Below, one piece after another: positions 37,308 through 47,742 of a stretch of 64,000 nt of DNA (positions are counted from its first letter, which is position 1; the number at the start of each line of letters is the position of its first letter). Source of the stretch: a virus. Under the pieces are notes generated by a model. The model was given only the letters and a program-made list of their open reading frames with translations. It made no database searches and had not been told where the DNA came from. The DNA lies in the IMG/VR virus record IMGVR_UViG_3300011972_000003, positions 1 to 64,000 of that record. The stretch is one strand, 5' to 3'. The translations under genes were made by a program, and so were the position numbers.

Positions 37308-38933
37308 CTAAGTGTTAAGTGCTTGTGACATCTGAGCTCCACCAAAGGCTGTACCAGGAATCGCAGACATAGCTGTTACTTTTACTCTGGTTTGAATTGC
37401 TTGGTAGGCTGTCTCCATTTTCTCTTTTACTGCATTTGTTAGGGACGTGATTTTATTAACTAACCATTCTTTTAACTGATCCATTTTCTTAGCAAACCAG
37501 TCGTTAAATTGATTGAAGAGCTTATCTGTAATTCCAGGAACATACTCCATCTCAATCTCTAAATCCTCATCTATACTCTTATCAATCTCCATAGTTAGTT
37601 TTACCATATCATTTAAGAGTATTAGTGGGTTCTTTAGTCTAGCATTAACCCCATCTCTTATCTTGTTTACATTCCCTTCAAAGTTCTTAGCTATTTCAAG
37701 TCCTCTAGCAGCTGTATTTAAGTATCCTTTTACGTTCCCTAAGTGTTCTTTATATGGTGAATCTGCTTTTAATAGAGTACCTACTGAAGCGGACAAATCT
37801 GTAGCTGTTCTAACATAAGCCGCAACCTCTCCTAGTTTAGTTCTCTTCTCTATGTTAGGTCCCATTTCATTAATAGCCTCTCCAATAGCTTCTGCCTGAT
37901 CTCTAAGTCCTGCATCTTCTGGCTTGTCTGCTGAGGTGTAAGTCTGAATGTACATGTTAATCTTAGTCCTCAGCTGTCTCATCTCTTGGTATTGAACGTC
38001 ATCTGGAGTGTTATCTGCTTCTAAATCTCCTAGTTTCTTTGTAGCTTCTAACCAATCGTACTTATCCCAGAGTGGTTTATAGATTTCTCCACCAGCAGTA
38101 AGTTTAGCATAAGTAGTTGGATTGAAAGTATTAAAACCTGCTGTATCCATTATCTCCTTAAGCTTACCTAGAACCTCTCTCCCTAAAGTAAAGTCTCTTG
38201 TAGCCATTCTTACCCTATCCTCTACAAACTCCAATCTTCTAACTTGAGCTACTAGATTCCTTTTCATATCACTATACTTAATTATATCGTTGTTATCTAA
38301 GTAAGGTTTATTATGATCAGGGTGTCCCATAGGTGGATTTCGAGTAGATGTATAATTCTCAGCTATAAAACTATTCTCAGCAGCCTCTAGAAGTTTATTA
38401 TAAGGATCTTTCATAGGTATCCCGTTGTGCATTTGCTTAGAGAAAGTAGCTGTCATTACGTTTTGCATATCTGTAGTGTAGCTTCCTATTTCATCTTCTA
38501 AAGCCGCACTAAGGTCTCTCTTCTCTGCATCAACTGAAGGTACTAGTGAAAAGATGTCTCCAAGTTGTACTCCATCTCTAGCTGCATTCTTTACTTGTTT
38601 GTAGTAGTTAAGCACAATAGCAGCATCTCTCATGTAAGCCACCGTCTGTTTCATCTCTGTCTGGTACTTCCTCTTAGCCTCTTGTATTTGATTCTTATAG
38701 TCCTTGATCATTTTCATTACAGAAGACCTTTGACGAGAGAAAAACCCTTGTGAAGCCGGAGAAACCGAACCTATACTTTGAGCAGACTTTTGCATAACAT
38801 CAGTAACGATTTGAGTAGCCATCCTTGTAACATCCTCAGTCGTTGGTATTGCTATAAAGTCCTTAACATCTGGCTTAGAGAATTGCTTTATAACAACATC
38901 AGGTATTTCGTATTCTAAAAAAGGTGTTCGCAT
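37308..38933 (-). CDS. baseplate/tail structural protein (541 aa)
   Basis: ORF in the tail module. Confidence 0.45.
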   Translation of the reverse strand: MRTPFLEYEIPDVVIKQFSKPDVKDFIAIPTTEDVTRMATQIVTDVMQKSAQSIGSVSPASQGFFSRQRSSVMKMIKDYKNQIQEAKRKYQTEMKQTVAYMRDAAIVLNYYKQVKNAARDGVQLGDIFSLVPSVDAEKRDLSAALEDEIGSYTTDMQNVMTATFSKQMHNGIPMKDPYNKLLEAAENSFIAENYTSTRNPPMGHPDHNKPYLDNNDIIKYSDMKRNLVAQVRRLEFVEDRVRMATRDFTLGREVLGKLKEIMDTAGFNTFNPTTYAKLTAGGEIYKPLWDKYDWLEATKKLGDLEADNTPDDVQYQEMRQLRTKINMYIQTYTSADKPEDAGLRDQAEAIGEAINEMGPNIEKRTKLGEVAAYVRTATDLSASVGTLLKADSPYKEHLGNVKGYLNTAARGLEIAKNFEGNVNKIRDGVNARLKNPLILLNDMVKLTMEIDKSIDEDLEIEMEYVPGITDKLFNQFNDWFAKKMDQLKEWLVNKITSLTNAVKEKMETAYQAIQTRVKVTAMSAIPGTAFGGAQMSQALNT

Positions 38934-38935
38934 AA

Positions 38936-39394
38936 TTATCGTTCTCTCATTAATCGTTCTAATTTACTTGCTGCATTATTTAAAAGTACCCTAGTTCTAA
39001 TATCAAGCACCTCTCCTCCTACTGTCTTAAGGGATACTACTGCTTGGATTAGAGACTTTATAACATCATACAGACTATCTTTCTCGTTGCTTATTGATAC
39101 TTTTCCATCTGGGTGAATCTCTACCTTTGTCCCGTTAGATCTAAAGCCGTTAAAAGGATTCTCACCATTAAACTTCTTCAGTGGTAGGTAGAGGAATACA
39201 TTATCTAGATTAGGGTTCATATTAAAAAGCACAACCTCATCATCTATAACTGGTGCATCGGTATGGTATAGAGGAAAGGCTAGTAGGTTCTCGTTAATTT
39301 CAGGTATATCTACTTTAACTACCCACTCATCTTTCTTATACTCCTTATTGTTAACCAGTTCTCTTACTCGTCCTAAATATATTAAGTTTCCCAT
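38936..39394 (-). CDS. baseplate spike/hub OB-fold protein candidate (gpV/gp5 N-terminal-like)
   Basis: GRVRELVNNKEYKKDEWVVKVDIPEINENLLAFPLY...VVLF follows the spike N-terminal OB-fold pattern. Confidence 0.35.
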   Translation of the reverse strand: MGNLIYLGRVRELVNNKEYKKDEWVVKVDIPEINENLLAFPLYHTDAPVIDDEVVLFNMNPNLDNVFLYLPLKKFNGENPFNGFRSNGTKVEIHPDGKVSISNEKDSLYDVIKSLIQAVVSLKTVGGEVLDIRTRVLLNNAASKLERLMRER

Positions 39395-39396
39395 TG

Positions 39397-40320
39397 TTAA
39401 TCGTATTTGCTAAGCACCATTGTAGTAAAAGCTCCCTTAGAATCAAATGTAAAACCCCTAGAAGTAACAAAAAATTCAGTGGCATTAGTAGGGTTTGATT
39501 CTGGATCTGCTAGGTTTATTTTATCTCCAAGTTTATAAGGAGGGATATTCTCGTATGTTCTTTTTAGTGATAATTTCGGTTCCATTCTACTTTTATAATT
39601 AGCGGATATGTTTTCTTCAAATGGCGAACCGTCCTTAGCTGTGTAACTTATAGATTTATCATACGCAACAATCCTAAAATACCTAAATGCTTTCTTGGAT
39701 GTTCTAGGTGGGTCAAACTGTTCATACTTTATCTTATTCTCATTCAAATCATTAACCCCTAAATCAATCGTAAAAGGCTTATAGTGAGGGTAGCTAGCGG
39801 GCTGAGCAGAAAAGGTAGTTATAACCATCCCATCCATAGAGAAACCATATAACACATCTTTTCCATACCCTAACATAAGTCTCTTTAAGCAATTGTAATC
39901 TGTCTCCCTAGTCTGTCTAAGCTCCATCTGGTTAATTGAAGACTCTACTTTCTTAGTTACCTTACCGGGATATAACCTCTTAATTGCAGTATTCATATCA
40001 TTCGCTAACAACCTAGACTGTATCTCATTTGTAAAGTAAGGGTCAGTAATAAGAAAAGTAAACAAAGCCATAGTGGAGTTCTGTTGTACGTTTGTTATAA
40101 AGACCTTGAAGTTACCCCTATAAGATGGAGTTTGAATTGTCATCTCTAAAGTTTTCCCTAAGTATTTTGAAGATTGAGATTTAGAAGAGGTAAGCATAGT
40201 AATCATTCCTTGTGGTAATTCTCCTCCCATAACTTCAGAAATCTCCATAAGTCGGAACTCCATTGTAGGGTCTTCTGAAAATTCATCTAGTCTAATTTGA
40301 TAGCGTGTGTGTGATACCAT
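39397..40320 (-). CDS. baseplate/tail protein (307 aa)
   Basis: ORF. Confidence 0.45.
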   Translation of the reverse strand: MVSHTRYQIRLDEFSEDPTMEFRLMEISEVMGGELPQGMITMLTSSKSQSSKYLGKTLEMTIQTPSYRGNFKVFITNVQQNSTMALFTFLITDPYFTNEIQSRLLANDMNTAIKRLYPGKVTKKVESSINQMELRQTRETDYNCLKRLMLGYGKDVLYGFSMDGMVITTFSAQPASYPHYKPFTIDLGVNDLNENKIKYEQFDPPRTSKKAFRYFRIVAYDKSISYTAKDGSPFEENISANYKSRMEPKLSLKRTYENIPPYKLGDKINLADPESNPTNATEFFVTSRGFTFDSKGAFTTMVLSKYD

Positions 40321-40637
40321 TAGATATTATTTAAGTTGAGTGTAAGTCTGTCGTAGGAGTCCCGGTTGAATATATTAACAAAGCTCCCTAAGTGTAAGTC
40401 TCTAACTGATTTGTTGTTGTATAATAGTAAAGCTTCTCCGTAATCCTGACTACCATAAATCTCATCGGAAATAAGGTCTAATCTATAAGGGTATTTTGTT
40501 ATTTGATAAGTCCCCATAGAAGGCAGGAAAGGAATGAATTTTAAAAGCTTAGAGTTAAAGACATCATAATCATTCTCTATATAATCCCCGACTCTTTTTG
40601 TTAGTAATCCCGAGGAGTTGACGTCTGGTACATACAT
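40320..40637 (-). CDS. tail protein (105 aa)
   Basis: ORF. Confidence 0.4.
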   Translation of the reverse strand: MYVPDVNSSGLLTKRVGDYIENDYDVFNSKLLKFIPFLPSMGTYQITKYPYRLDLISDEIYGSQDYGEALLLYNNKSVRDLHLGSFVNIFNRDSYDRLTLNLNNI

Positions 40638-40640
40638 AAG

Positions 40641-40856
40641 TTATCCGTTTTTAAGTTTATCGTTATAGAGTTCAATATAAATGTCTCTGTAGTGTTTTAA
40701 AGCTGTAATTTCAAGCTGTAACTCAACTAGCCTGGTGTCATTATTTGTAGCATCTGCAAGTTGAGCCTCTAAGTACTTCATTCTAATTTCTTCATCATAG
40801 GGAGTACTAACATCTACAGCGGTGAACTCTACCTTATCTTTATTTTCTTCTGCCAT
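40641..40856 (-). CDS. small acidic coiled-coil protein (71 aa)
   Basis: ORF. Confidence 0.35.
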   Translation of the reverse strand: MAEENKDKVEFTAVDVSTPYDEEIRMKYLEAQLADATNNDTRLVELQLEITALKHYRDIYIELYNDKLKNG

Positions 40857-40860
40857 ATGT

Positions 40861-42798
40861 TTAGTTTTGTTTTTGACCTAAGAAGTTATATAAAGGAGCC
40901 TCTAGTGCAGTTCTCTTTAATTCAAACTTATCCATAAACCCTTTCATTTGATTTTGATTTAGACTCTTGAAACCTGGATTAGATCGTTGCGCACTGTTAA
41001 TAGCCTCCATAGCATTCTTAGCTACATCTGAACTTCTGTCTAGTGCTGCTCTAAATGTTGCTGAGTTTTGACTTGAATCTATATTATAACCTTTTGAATC
41101 GTTCTTTAGTTTAGTCTCAGCTTTAGATATTTCCTTATTAACTCTCTCCTGCTCCTCATTAACTATCACGACTCTGTAATTCTGGTTATCTGGGTTTTTC
41201 TTCTTTGACCAATCTGTGAACACTCCCTTTCTTTTACCCTCTGGATCGAAACCTAGATTAGCAAACCTCTGATTCTCATCTTTCTCATTATGTCCATCTC
41301 TTCTTACATTTGGTTCAGCTTCCCATAATCTCACTGCTTTAAAGTTTGACAGGTATTGCTTAGTTCCGCCTTTATTAGATGCATCAGCGTTAGCCAGAGA
41401 CTCATCCCATAGTCCATAGATTCTACCACTACCTCCTAATGATCTTGCTATATCTCTTGAAGTAAATAAGGCAGCTGGAACAAAGGATATATCAGCTCTA
41501 ACCCAAAGAGGATAACCTTCTACTGTAACAAATTGAGAAACATCTATATCTACGTTCGAAACCAGCAAGTTATGTACAACCATGTGATTAGAGATGAAGA
41601 GAGATATAGTTCCTGGATGTGATTTATTGTTTCTAGTAGCCTCAGGGTCATATAAGTAACCGCCTGGAGGACCCATAAATTCCCAGTTCCCTTGTGTTAG
41701 TAAGTTCTTAGTTGTTCCTATTAAATCTAAAACTTTACCTGCTATTGAATTTGCTACTCCATCAGTTGTAACGTTATCCCCAGTCTTTTCTCCTTTAATA
41801 CTTACATTCAGCTTTGCCTCTACAACCTTTAAATCTCCCGGACTTACCTTTAAACCTTTTTGTTTCTTTAGATTTTCGTTTAATTTTTTGTTATAGTCTT
41901 CGATAGATCTTTTAGCGTTGGCAATAGCTTGAGTATTATCTTGATCTGGGTCACCTCCTTGTACTGCCTGTGTTCTTTGGAATTGTATATTTGTAGGATC
42001 TTCTAAGTACTTTAGGTTATTCTTAGCTTGCTCTAGACTATTCCTCAATTGCCTCTCTTCCATCTTAACATCCCAATAGTTTTTAGCTCCTTGTGGCCAA
42101 CTTGCGTCAGCTTTTAGACTTCCATCAGCAGCTAATTGTTTAACCGCAGTATTCTCTACCTCTTTCGTTAAACTCGCTACTGGTACCCCTAAGAAGTCGC
42201 CGAGAACATTATGAATAGCTGCTCTAGGATCTTTACCATACTTATCTGCTATTAAAAGAACTGAGAGTGTATTAGGGAAGTTTACTGAGGTGCCTTGATA
42301 AGTCTTAGCTGCTTCTGCATAATTGACTAACTTGTAACTAAGGGCTTTTAATTCCTCTCGCATTGAGTTGTCTATATTTTCAGCAGTCTTATCCATACCT
42401 ACCATCTCGAAGAAACTCTTAGCTAATCCTCCAAGACCTCTAACAGCTGATTCAACCCAACCATTATCATTACCTATAGCTCCAGTATCGATTCCGGTTT
42501 GAGAAGCTACAGTATCCTTAACACTATCTTTAGCCTCCCCCCATTCGTTAGTAGCTGAGAAAGTAATATCCCTAGTTAAGAATCCTCTAAGAAGCTCTAT
42601 TCCTCCACTACCTTTTCCTGTATGAGTTAATAGTGGGTTAGGCTTATTTCCCATTACATCTTGGTGCTTGGCTATCCTTACTGTAACGTGGTCTTGATTC
42701 ATAAGAGAGTCCCAGAACCAAGTAACTTTACCTTTAACTAGAGTTCTTTCACCAACTCGGCTATTTACTCGCTTTCCTGGATTATATACATTTCCCAT
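40861..42798 (-). CDS. tail/baseplate hub protein (645 aa)
   Basis: Position downstream of the tape-measure gene and the tail lysin. Confidence 0.5.
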   Translation of the reverse strand: MGNVYNPGKRVNSRVGERTLVKGKVTWFWDSLMNQDHVTVRIAKHQDVMGNKPNPLLTHTGKGSGGIELLRGFLTRDITFSATNEWGEAKDSVKDTVASQTGIDTGAIGNDNGWVESAVRGLGGLAKSFFEMVGMDKTAENIDNSMREELKALSYKLVNYAEAAKTYQGTSVNFPNTLSVLLIADKYGKDPRAAIHNVLGDFLGVPVASLTKEVENTAVKQLAADGSLKADASWPQGAKNYWDVKMEERQLRNSLEQAKNNLKYLEDPTNIQFQRTQAVQGGDPDQDNTQAIANAKRSIEDYNKKLNENLKKQKGLKVSPGDLKVVEAKLNVSIKGEKTGDNVTTDGVANSIAGKVLDLIGTTKNLLTQGNWEFMGPPGGYLYDPEATRNNKSHPGTISLFISNHMVVHNLLVSNVDIDVSQFVTVEGYPLWVRADISFVPAALFTSRDIARSLGGSGRIYGLWDESLANADASNKGGTKQYLSNFKAVRLWEAEPNVRRDGHNEKDENQRFANLGFDPEGKRKGVFTDWSKKKNPDNQNYRVVIVNEEQERVNKEISKAETKLKNDSKGYNIDSSQNSATFRAALDRSSDVAKNAMEAINSAQRSNPGFKSLNQNQMKGFMDKFELKRTALEAPLYNFLGQKQN

Positions 42799-42800
42799 AT

Positions 42801-44600
42801 CTATCTATAACTTGTTTGTGTTTTGAATGAATTAGTTTGAGTCACGGTGTTAATAGGTATATACTGATTTGGCATAGGCGGTAGTGGATTATAAGACTGT
42901 GGTGCATAAGATCTAGATATAGCTACAGGTTTCTTAGGTCCAAATCTAGGGTCAAGGTTTATGTAGTTTAATCGGTTATTTGCAGCTGAACTATCTTTAC
43001 CTACGTGATATGCTCCTGATGCACTTTTTACTGTAGCAGCATTAACGGCAGGGATAGTCTCATCAATAAAGTTTAATCCGTATTTTCTAAGTAGTGATTG
43101 TCCTTGAGATGAGTATAAAAACTCCTTAACTCCCGATGTAGAATTTGAATTAACTCCGTAGTCTATCGCTTCACCTGATCCGTGTCTAGATAGTTTTCCT
43201 CCTTTAGTAATTGAACCGGGCCTATAAGCGGAAGTAATCTTAGCCTCAGGTACATAGGATAATAACTCTTGGTGGAAATTAAGTAAGTCAGGTTTTAATC
43301 CATCTATTCTTGCTCCGCCTATTATACTACCCTTAAATTGAGGTGAATTCGTATCTACAGCAGCACCTTGAGAAAATTGAACATTGTCTATACCCATCTG
43401 AGCTTGCATAGGGTTTAGTGTAGGTTGTACCCCAAAGTCCATCTTAGAGAGTATTTCGTGTCTAGTTGTTTGTCTCATAGCCGCCCTTAGAATTGGATCT
43501 TTCAAATCTCTCTCCTTCCATTCATCTAACTTCTTAACTGTCACCTTCATGTTCTTGTCCATTAGGTTGTAGTTAGTGTTGAAGGTACTATAAAACATGC
43601 TAGGATACTTCTTTAATATCTTCATAGCATCTTCCTTAGGTAAATCTTGTACTACACCTGGAAGATTCTTTAAAGTTTCTACGTCTGAATATCTAGCTTC
43701 ATCTGCTCCTATACTTGAGATACTCTTCTTCCAATCTGCATTTCTAACTTTCATGAGGTTTCTATAGATTGTCTCGTAATTCTCATCTGTCTCCTCTGCT
43801 AGTTTCTGCTCCTGAACCGTTCTATACTGCTTTTTACTCTTATCGTTTAATCCTTTCTCTCTTTCTAATTCTTTATATCTTTTATCTAACGCTTCTGCTT
43901 CTGGGTCTACTTGTTTCTCAGGCTTTACTTGTTTCACTAAACCTAACTCGCCTGGTACTATTGGATCTGGAACTTTAGGCACTTCTAACTTCTCCAAATC
44001 GCTCATCGCTTCTCCTACTAGCGCTTTCTTTTCTCTAACTTCATGAACTGTCTTAGCCGTACCGATGAATCCTGAAAGCTCCTCATACGCTCCTTTAAGT
44101 AGACCAAAACCTTCAGTAACTCCAGTCTTAGTCATATCCCAAAGTTTCTCTGCTCCAAACATAAGAATCTCAGTCCCTACAATTGGAATAGCGTATAAGT
44201 ACTTGACAATTTTTAGTAGGAAGGGGTCTGAGGATTTAACTGAAGTAGCTTTGTCATATATCTTATATAACGACTTCAACTTCTTCCACGCCCCTTTATT
44301 TGTTGTATCCCATTCTATGTACATTGCAGCTATCTTCGCTCTAGTAACTCTCATTTGTCCCCAGAAAGTTTTATGAGCGTCAATAGGTGCACTAAAAGAG
44401 TCCTCAGGGTTAGTTGCTTTATACTCTGCATCAGCTAACTCTTGGTCTCCCTCAGCTTGAACCCTCCCCCAATCAACTGACTCTACTGGTTCACTTGAAA
44501 GGGCTGCCTGTTGCATTCTCTTAATTGAAGCATCAGACTCGGCTAGTTTATTTAAAATACTCGACATGGAAATGAGGATAATTATAAAAAGTTTTTGCAT
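42801..44600 (-). CDS. tail-associated peptidoglycan hydrolase with C-terminal M15-like (LAS) peptidase domain
   Basis: ITSAYRPGSITKGGKLSRHGSGEAIDYGV matches the M15_3 signature TSGYRS...SxHxxGxAxD. N-terminal signal-like segment. Confidence 0.55.
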   Translation of the reverse strand: MQKLFIIILISMSSILNKLAESDASIKRMQQAALSSEPVESVDWGRVQAEGDQELADAEYKATNPEDSFSAPIDAHKTFWGQMRVTRAKIAAMYIEWDTTNKGAWKKLKSLYKIYDKATSVKSSDPFLLKIVKYLYAIPIVGTEILMFGAEKLWDMTKTGVTEGFGLLKGAYEELSGFIGTAKTVHEVREKKALVGEAMSDLEKLEVPKVPDPIVPGELGLVKQVKPEKQVDPEAEALDKRYKELEREKGLNDKSKKQYRTVQEQKLAEETDENYETIYRNLMKVRNADWKKSISSIGADEARYSDVETLKNLPGVVQDLPKEDAMKILKKYPSMFYSTFNTNYNLMDKNMKVTVKKLDEWKERDLKDPILRAAMRQTTRHEILSKMDFGVQPTLNPMQAQMGIDNVQFSQGAAVDTNSPQFKGSIIGGARIDGLKPDLLNFHQELLSYVPEAKITSAYRPGSITKGGKLSRHGSGEAIDYGVNSNSTSGVKEFLYSSQGQSLLRKYGLNFIDETIPAVNAATVKSASGAYHVGKDSSAANNRLNYINLDPRFGPKKPVAISRSYAPQSYNPLPPMPNQYIPINTVTQTNSFKTQTSYR

Positions 44601-44611
44601 TTGATTAGTTT

Positions 44612-47575
44612 TTAGGCAGTAGCAGTCCTATTAGCTCTCTGACCTTTTTGTACTCCCTGACTATTTTTATCTTTTGGTTTTATGACATTATTGATTTCTG
44701 TTCTCTTCTCAACGTGGGTGGTGTTATTAGATACAATAGTGTTCCCTCCAGTTAAGCTTGGTGATACTCCTTTATTTTTAGATCCACCAGAAGCTGCCCT
44801 TTGAGCCGCCATAGTTCCAACATTAGCTATATCTTGAACTGCCTTAGCTATGAATCCTTTATGCGCACTCTTATCCATTTGAGGTTGTGACTGCCCCGCT
44901 GAATTAAGAGCTGTCTGAATAAAGTTAGTAGGACTAGGTATGCCAGCTATTCCAGCAAATCCACCACCTCCACCCAAAGGCTCAACTACTCCAAAATCTC
45001 TACCTTTCTTATCTAATATTCTATCTAGGTTTTGGTAAGTTTCAGCTACAGACAAAATTCTACCTTTCCCTCCTTCTCTTGCTAGTGCTTGGTTTAAGGT
45101 GAATTCATTTCCAACAAGAGCACCATTAGTTACAATCTCTCCCGGTGAAGTCTTAAGTTTAGAGAAGAATCTATTAGCTCCAGCTTCCCCTAACCAGTGG
45201 TCTAAGTAAGCCATTGCAGGTGAAGGTGGTAATCCCTCTCTAGCACTTCTTCTCTCTAGGTTATCCTTTACGAACTGAGCACCTATCAAAGCATTAGCCC
45301 TAGCATCTGACTGGTGAGCATTAGGTGGTATTCCGAATTTAGGTCCGTATTTCTTAAGTTGAGCTCTCCATGTAGCATCAATGAACTGGAATAAACCTGC
45401 AGCTGTAGCCTTAGCGTGTTTTACTGATGGTTTAAATCCTGATTCTGAAGCTGCCAATCTCATCATTAATCCCGGGTCAACTCCTACTGCTTGAGATGCT
45501 GCTAAGATTGTATTTCTATTTGCTTGGTATCCATCTCCGTTTGAAATTGGTATAGATGAATAACTCCCACCAGATCCCGGAAACAACAAATTCCCTGACA
45601 CATTACTAAACCCTCCAAAAGAACCATCATAGTATCCTCCCTGTGGTTGAGCATTAGGGTTATATCCAGAAGAGTAAGTAGAACTAAATCCTTGAGCTTG
45701 AGCCTTCTTATGATTCATTATCTGTTGAGACTCTGTAATTTCTCCTGGTGCAAATAATCTAACTCCAAAATCAGCAACCTTAGTAAAGAACCCTCTCGTA
45801 TCTCCACCTCCTTCATGTGCCTTTATCTGGTCATCTATATCATCAAGGGCTGTCATATCTATTGGTTTAGTAAGTTCTTTAATCTCATCCACCCCAATAT
45901 ACATAATAAACATATACCCTTCTTTCTTATCGACTTCTTTTATAACATCTGGAAGCTCTCTAATCAAAGTAAGTTCGTCAGGTCCCCACTCTTTTTCTTT
46001 AACTAATTCAGGTGTAAGGTTCTTGTTAACTAGGGATGCCCATAACCTCTTGTCCATTTTATTACCTTTGAACCTAGCTATAATCATCTCAATATCAATA
46101 ATCCCTGAACCTATAGACCATAAATCATAAGCAAGCATACCTACGTTAATCGCTAGACCTACTGGACCTGTTGCCATTACTGCTAACTTTTGTCCAGCCT
46201 TTACTGCAATCTTCTTAGCGATTCTACCTAGTACTCCAAGACCTAACTTTTGACCAATCTTTCCTATAATCTTAGTACCTGCTGATCTTAGTCCTGCTTG
46301 AGCCACTTTCTTACCTGCAATCTCAACGGCTTCTTCTGCGACTTCTTTAGTAACTCTCCCTGCTACTTTTCTACCTACAGCTGTCTTAACTCCACTTTGA
46401 ATAGCTTTCTCTGCCGCCTCCCTTGCTCCAGTTCTTCCTACTCCTTTAGCGGCTTGTTTTACGGATTGTTCCACAGCCTCAGCGGTTCCTTTAGCTGCAG
46501 CAGAAGTCATACCCTTAGCTGTACCTTTAGCAACTGCCTTAGCTCCTTCTTCCCCTAATTCTTCAGCAGCCTCTTTAGTTCCTTTACCTATGAGTTTATT
46601 GAGACCAGTAGCATTCTTAAGTTTTGTCCATTGATTCTTAGCCCATCCAGTTACACCAGCTTTCTCCAAGAGTTTTCCCCCTAGAGTCATAGCTCCTTCC
46701 ATCATTAAACCGGACACTATAGAACCCATAATACCCGATAAGAAGCCACCTCCGCCTCCACCTCCTCCAGAACCCCCTCGACCTCCAGCTCCACCGGCAT
46801 ACCCTTGATTTTGAAGAGCAGCCTGCATGTTTACTATGGTCTCAGCTTGTTTGATTCTTAGGAGTTCGAGTTCTTTGTTCATTACTTTAAACCCTCGGAC
46901 TGTAGCTTCATCATTATACCCAAGCTTAACTCCAGGTATCATATCAGCAGCTGCACTCTTAAGTTTATCCCCTCTATTAAGTAAGTATTTGGATCTGTAT
47001 TCTTGGTCTAACTTATCAACTTTAGATTCCAGCTTACTTATCCTAGCTCCATTTACATCAGGGTCGCTATATGCTTTCTGTTGGTTCTTAGCCGCATTTA
47101 ACTCCCCTACCGCATTACTTAGGTTAGTTACATCATTTAGTTGATCTTCATAACCTGTTTTACTTTGAGAGCTTGGAGGGTTTACATGGTTTATATCTAT
47201 TTCAGCTACATTACTATCACTATTAGAACTATCACTATCATTAGGAAAAGGCTCATTAGTGTGTTTGTTAGCCATTATCTTAGTCTCAACGAGGTTTAGC
47301 TTTCTAAGTTCTCTATCCCTCTCTGACTTAGTATTTAGGTATTGAGCATTTACTTCTCTTAACCTTTTTCGCATAACTGAAGGGTCTTGGGCTGGTCCTG
47401 CTTGTATCGTAGCTTGCATCTCTGCTCCGCCTCCTCCACCTGAATCACCTCCACCACCAAAGAGAGAACCTAAAGCCCTTTCTATGAGCGTATCTTTAAT
47501 GACATTAGGGAGAGCGCTCTTGATCCAGTTTCCAAATCCCTTAAGAGCTCCTTTTCCAAATAATCCTTTAAGCAT
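44612..47575 (-). CDS. tape measure protein with lytic transglycosylase (SLT) domain
   Basis: 987 aa with Gly-rich and Ala/Lys-rich repeats. SLT motif LAASESGFKPS...AAGLFQFIDATW. Position after the tube and chaperone genes. Confidence 0.7.
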   Translation of the reverse strand: MLKGLFGKGALKGFGNWIKSALPNVIKDTLIERALGSLFGGGGDSGGGGGAEMQATIQAGPAQDPSVMRKRLREVNAQYLNTKSERDRELRKLNLVETKIMANKHTNEPFPNDSDSSNSDSNVAEIDINHVNPPSSQSKTGYEDQLNDVTNLSNAVGELNAAKNQQKAYSDPDVNGARISKLESKVDKLDQEYRSKYLLNRGDKLKSAAADMIPGVKLGYNDEATVRGFKVMNKELELLRIKQAETIVNMQAALQNQGYAGGAGGRGGSGGGGGGGGFLSGIMGSIVSGLMMEGAMTLGGKLLEKAGVTGWAKNQWTKLKNATGLNKLIGKGTKEAAEELGEEGAKAVAKGTAKGMTSAAAKGTAEAVEQSVKQAAKGVGRTGAREAAEKAIQSGVKTAVGRKVAGRVTKEVAEEAVEIAGKKVAQAGLRSAGTKIIGKIGQKLGLGVLGRIAKKIAVKAGQKLAVMATGPVGLAINVGMLAYDLWSIGSGIIDIEMIIARFKGNKMDKRLWASLVNKNLTPELVKEKEWGPDELTLIRELPDVIKEVDKKEGYMFIMYIGVDEIKELTKPIDMTALDDIDDQIKAHEGGGDTRGFFTKVADFGVRLFAPGEITESQQIMNHKKAQAQGFSSTYSSGYNPNAQPQGGYYDGSFGGFSNVSGNLLFPGSGGSYSSIPISNGDGYQANRNTILAASQAVGVDPGLMMRLAASESGFKPSVKHAKATAAGLFQFIDATWRAQLKKYGPKFGIPPNAHQSDARANALIGAQFVKDNLERRSAREGLPPSPAMAYLDHWLGEAGANRFFSKLKTSPGEIVTNGALVGNEFTLNQALAREGGKGRILSVAETYQNLDRILDKKGRDFGVVEPLGGGGGFAGIAGIPSPTNFIQTALNSAGQSQPQMDKSAHKGFIAKAVQDIANVGTMAAQRAASGGSKNKGVSPSLTGGNTIVSNNTTHVEKRTEINNVIKPKDKNSQGVQKGQRANRTATA

Positions 47576-47583
47576 AGTCTATT

Positions 47584-47742
47584 TTACATATTAATCTTGA
47601 ATTGAGGGTAACTTAAATCCACCCCATCCGATTCTTTTAATCTCTTCTTATAGTCCTCATAAAATTTAACACAAGTAGAATAAAGGTAATCCTCTATGTT
47701 ATCGTACCTGGCTATCTTATTCAAAAAGTACTTGAGATTCAT
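47584..47742 (-). CDS. small ORF (52 aa) in the +1 frame overlapping the 3' end of the upstream gene; either an independent gene or the frameshift extension of an assembly chaperone
   Basis: An ATG at 47742..47740 opens a 52-codon frame that ends 8 nt before the tape-measure start. The frame is open a further 22 codons upstream, inside the 260-aa gene. Confidence 0.3.
   Translation of the reverse strand: MNLKYFLNKIARYDNIEDYLYSTCVKFYEDYKKRLKESDGVDLSYPQFKINM

Noticed and set aside
47700-47740. A classical -1 programmed frameshift (G/GT-type) at the end of the 260-aa putative chaperone.
   Set aside because: The -1 frame has an immediate TGA. Only the +1 frame is open, so a canonical -1 slippery-site model does not fit. 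The +1 alternative is reported as a finding instead.
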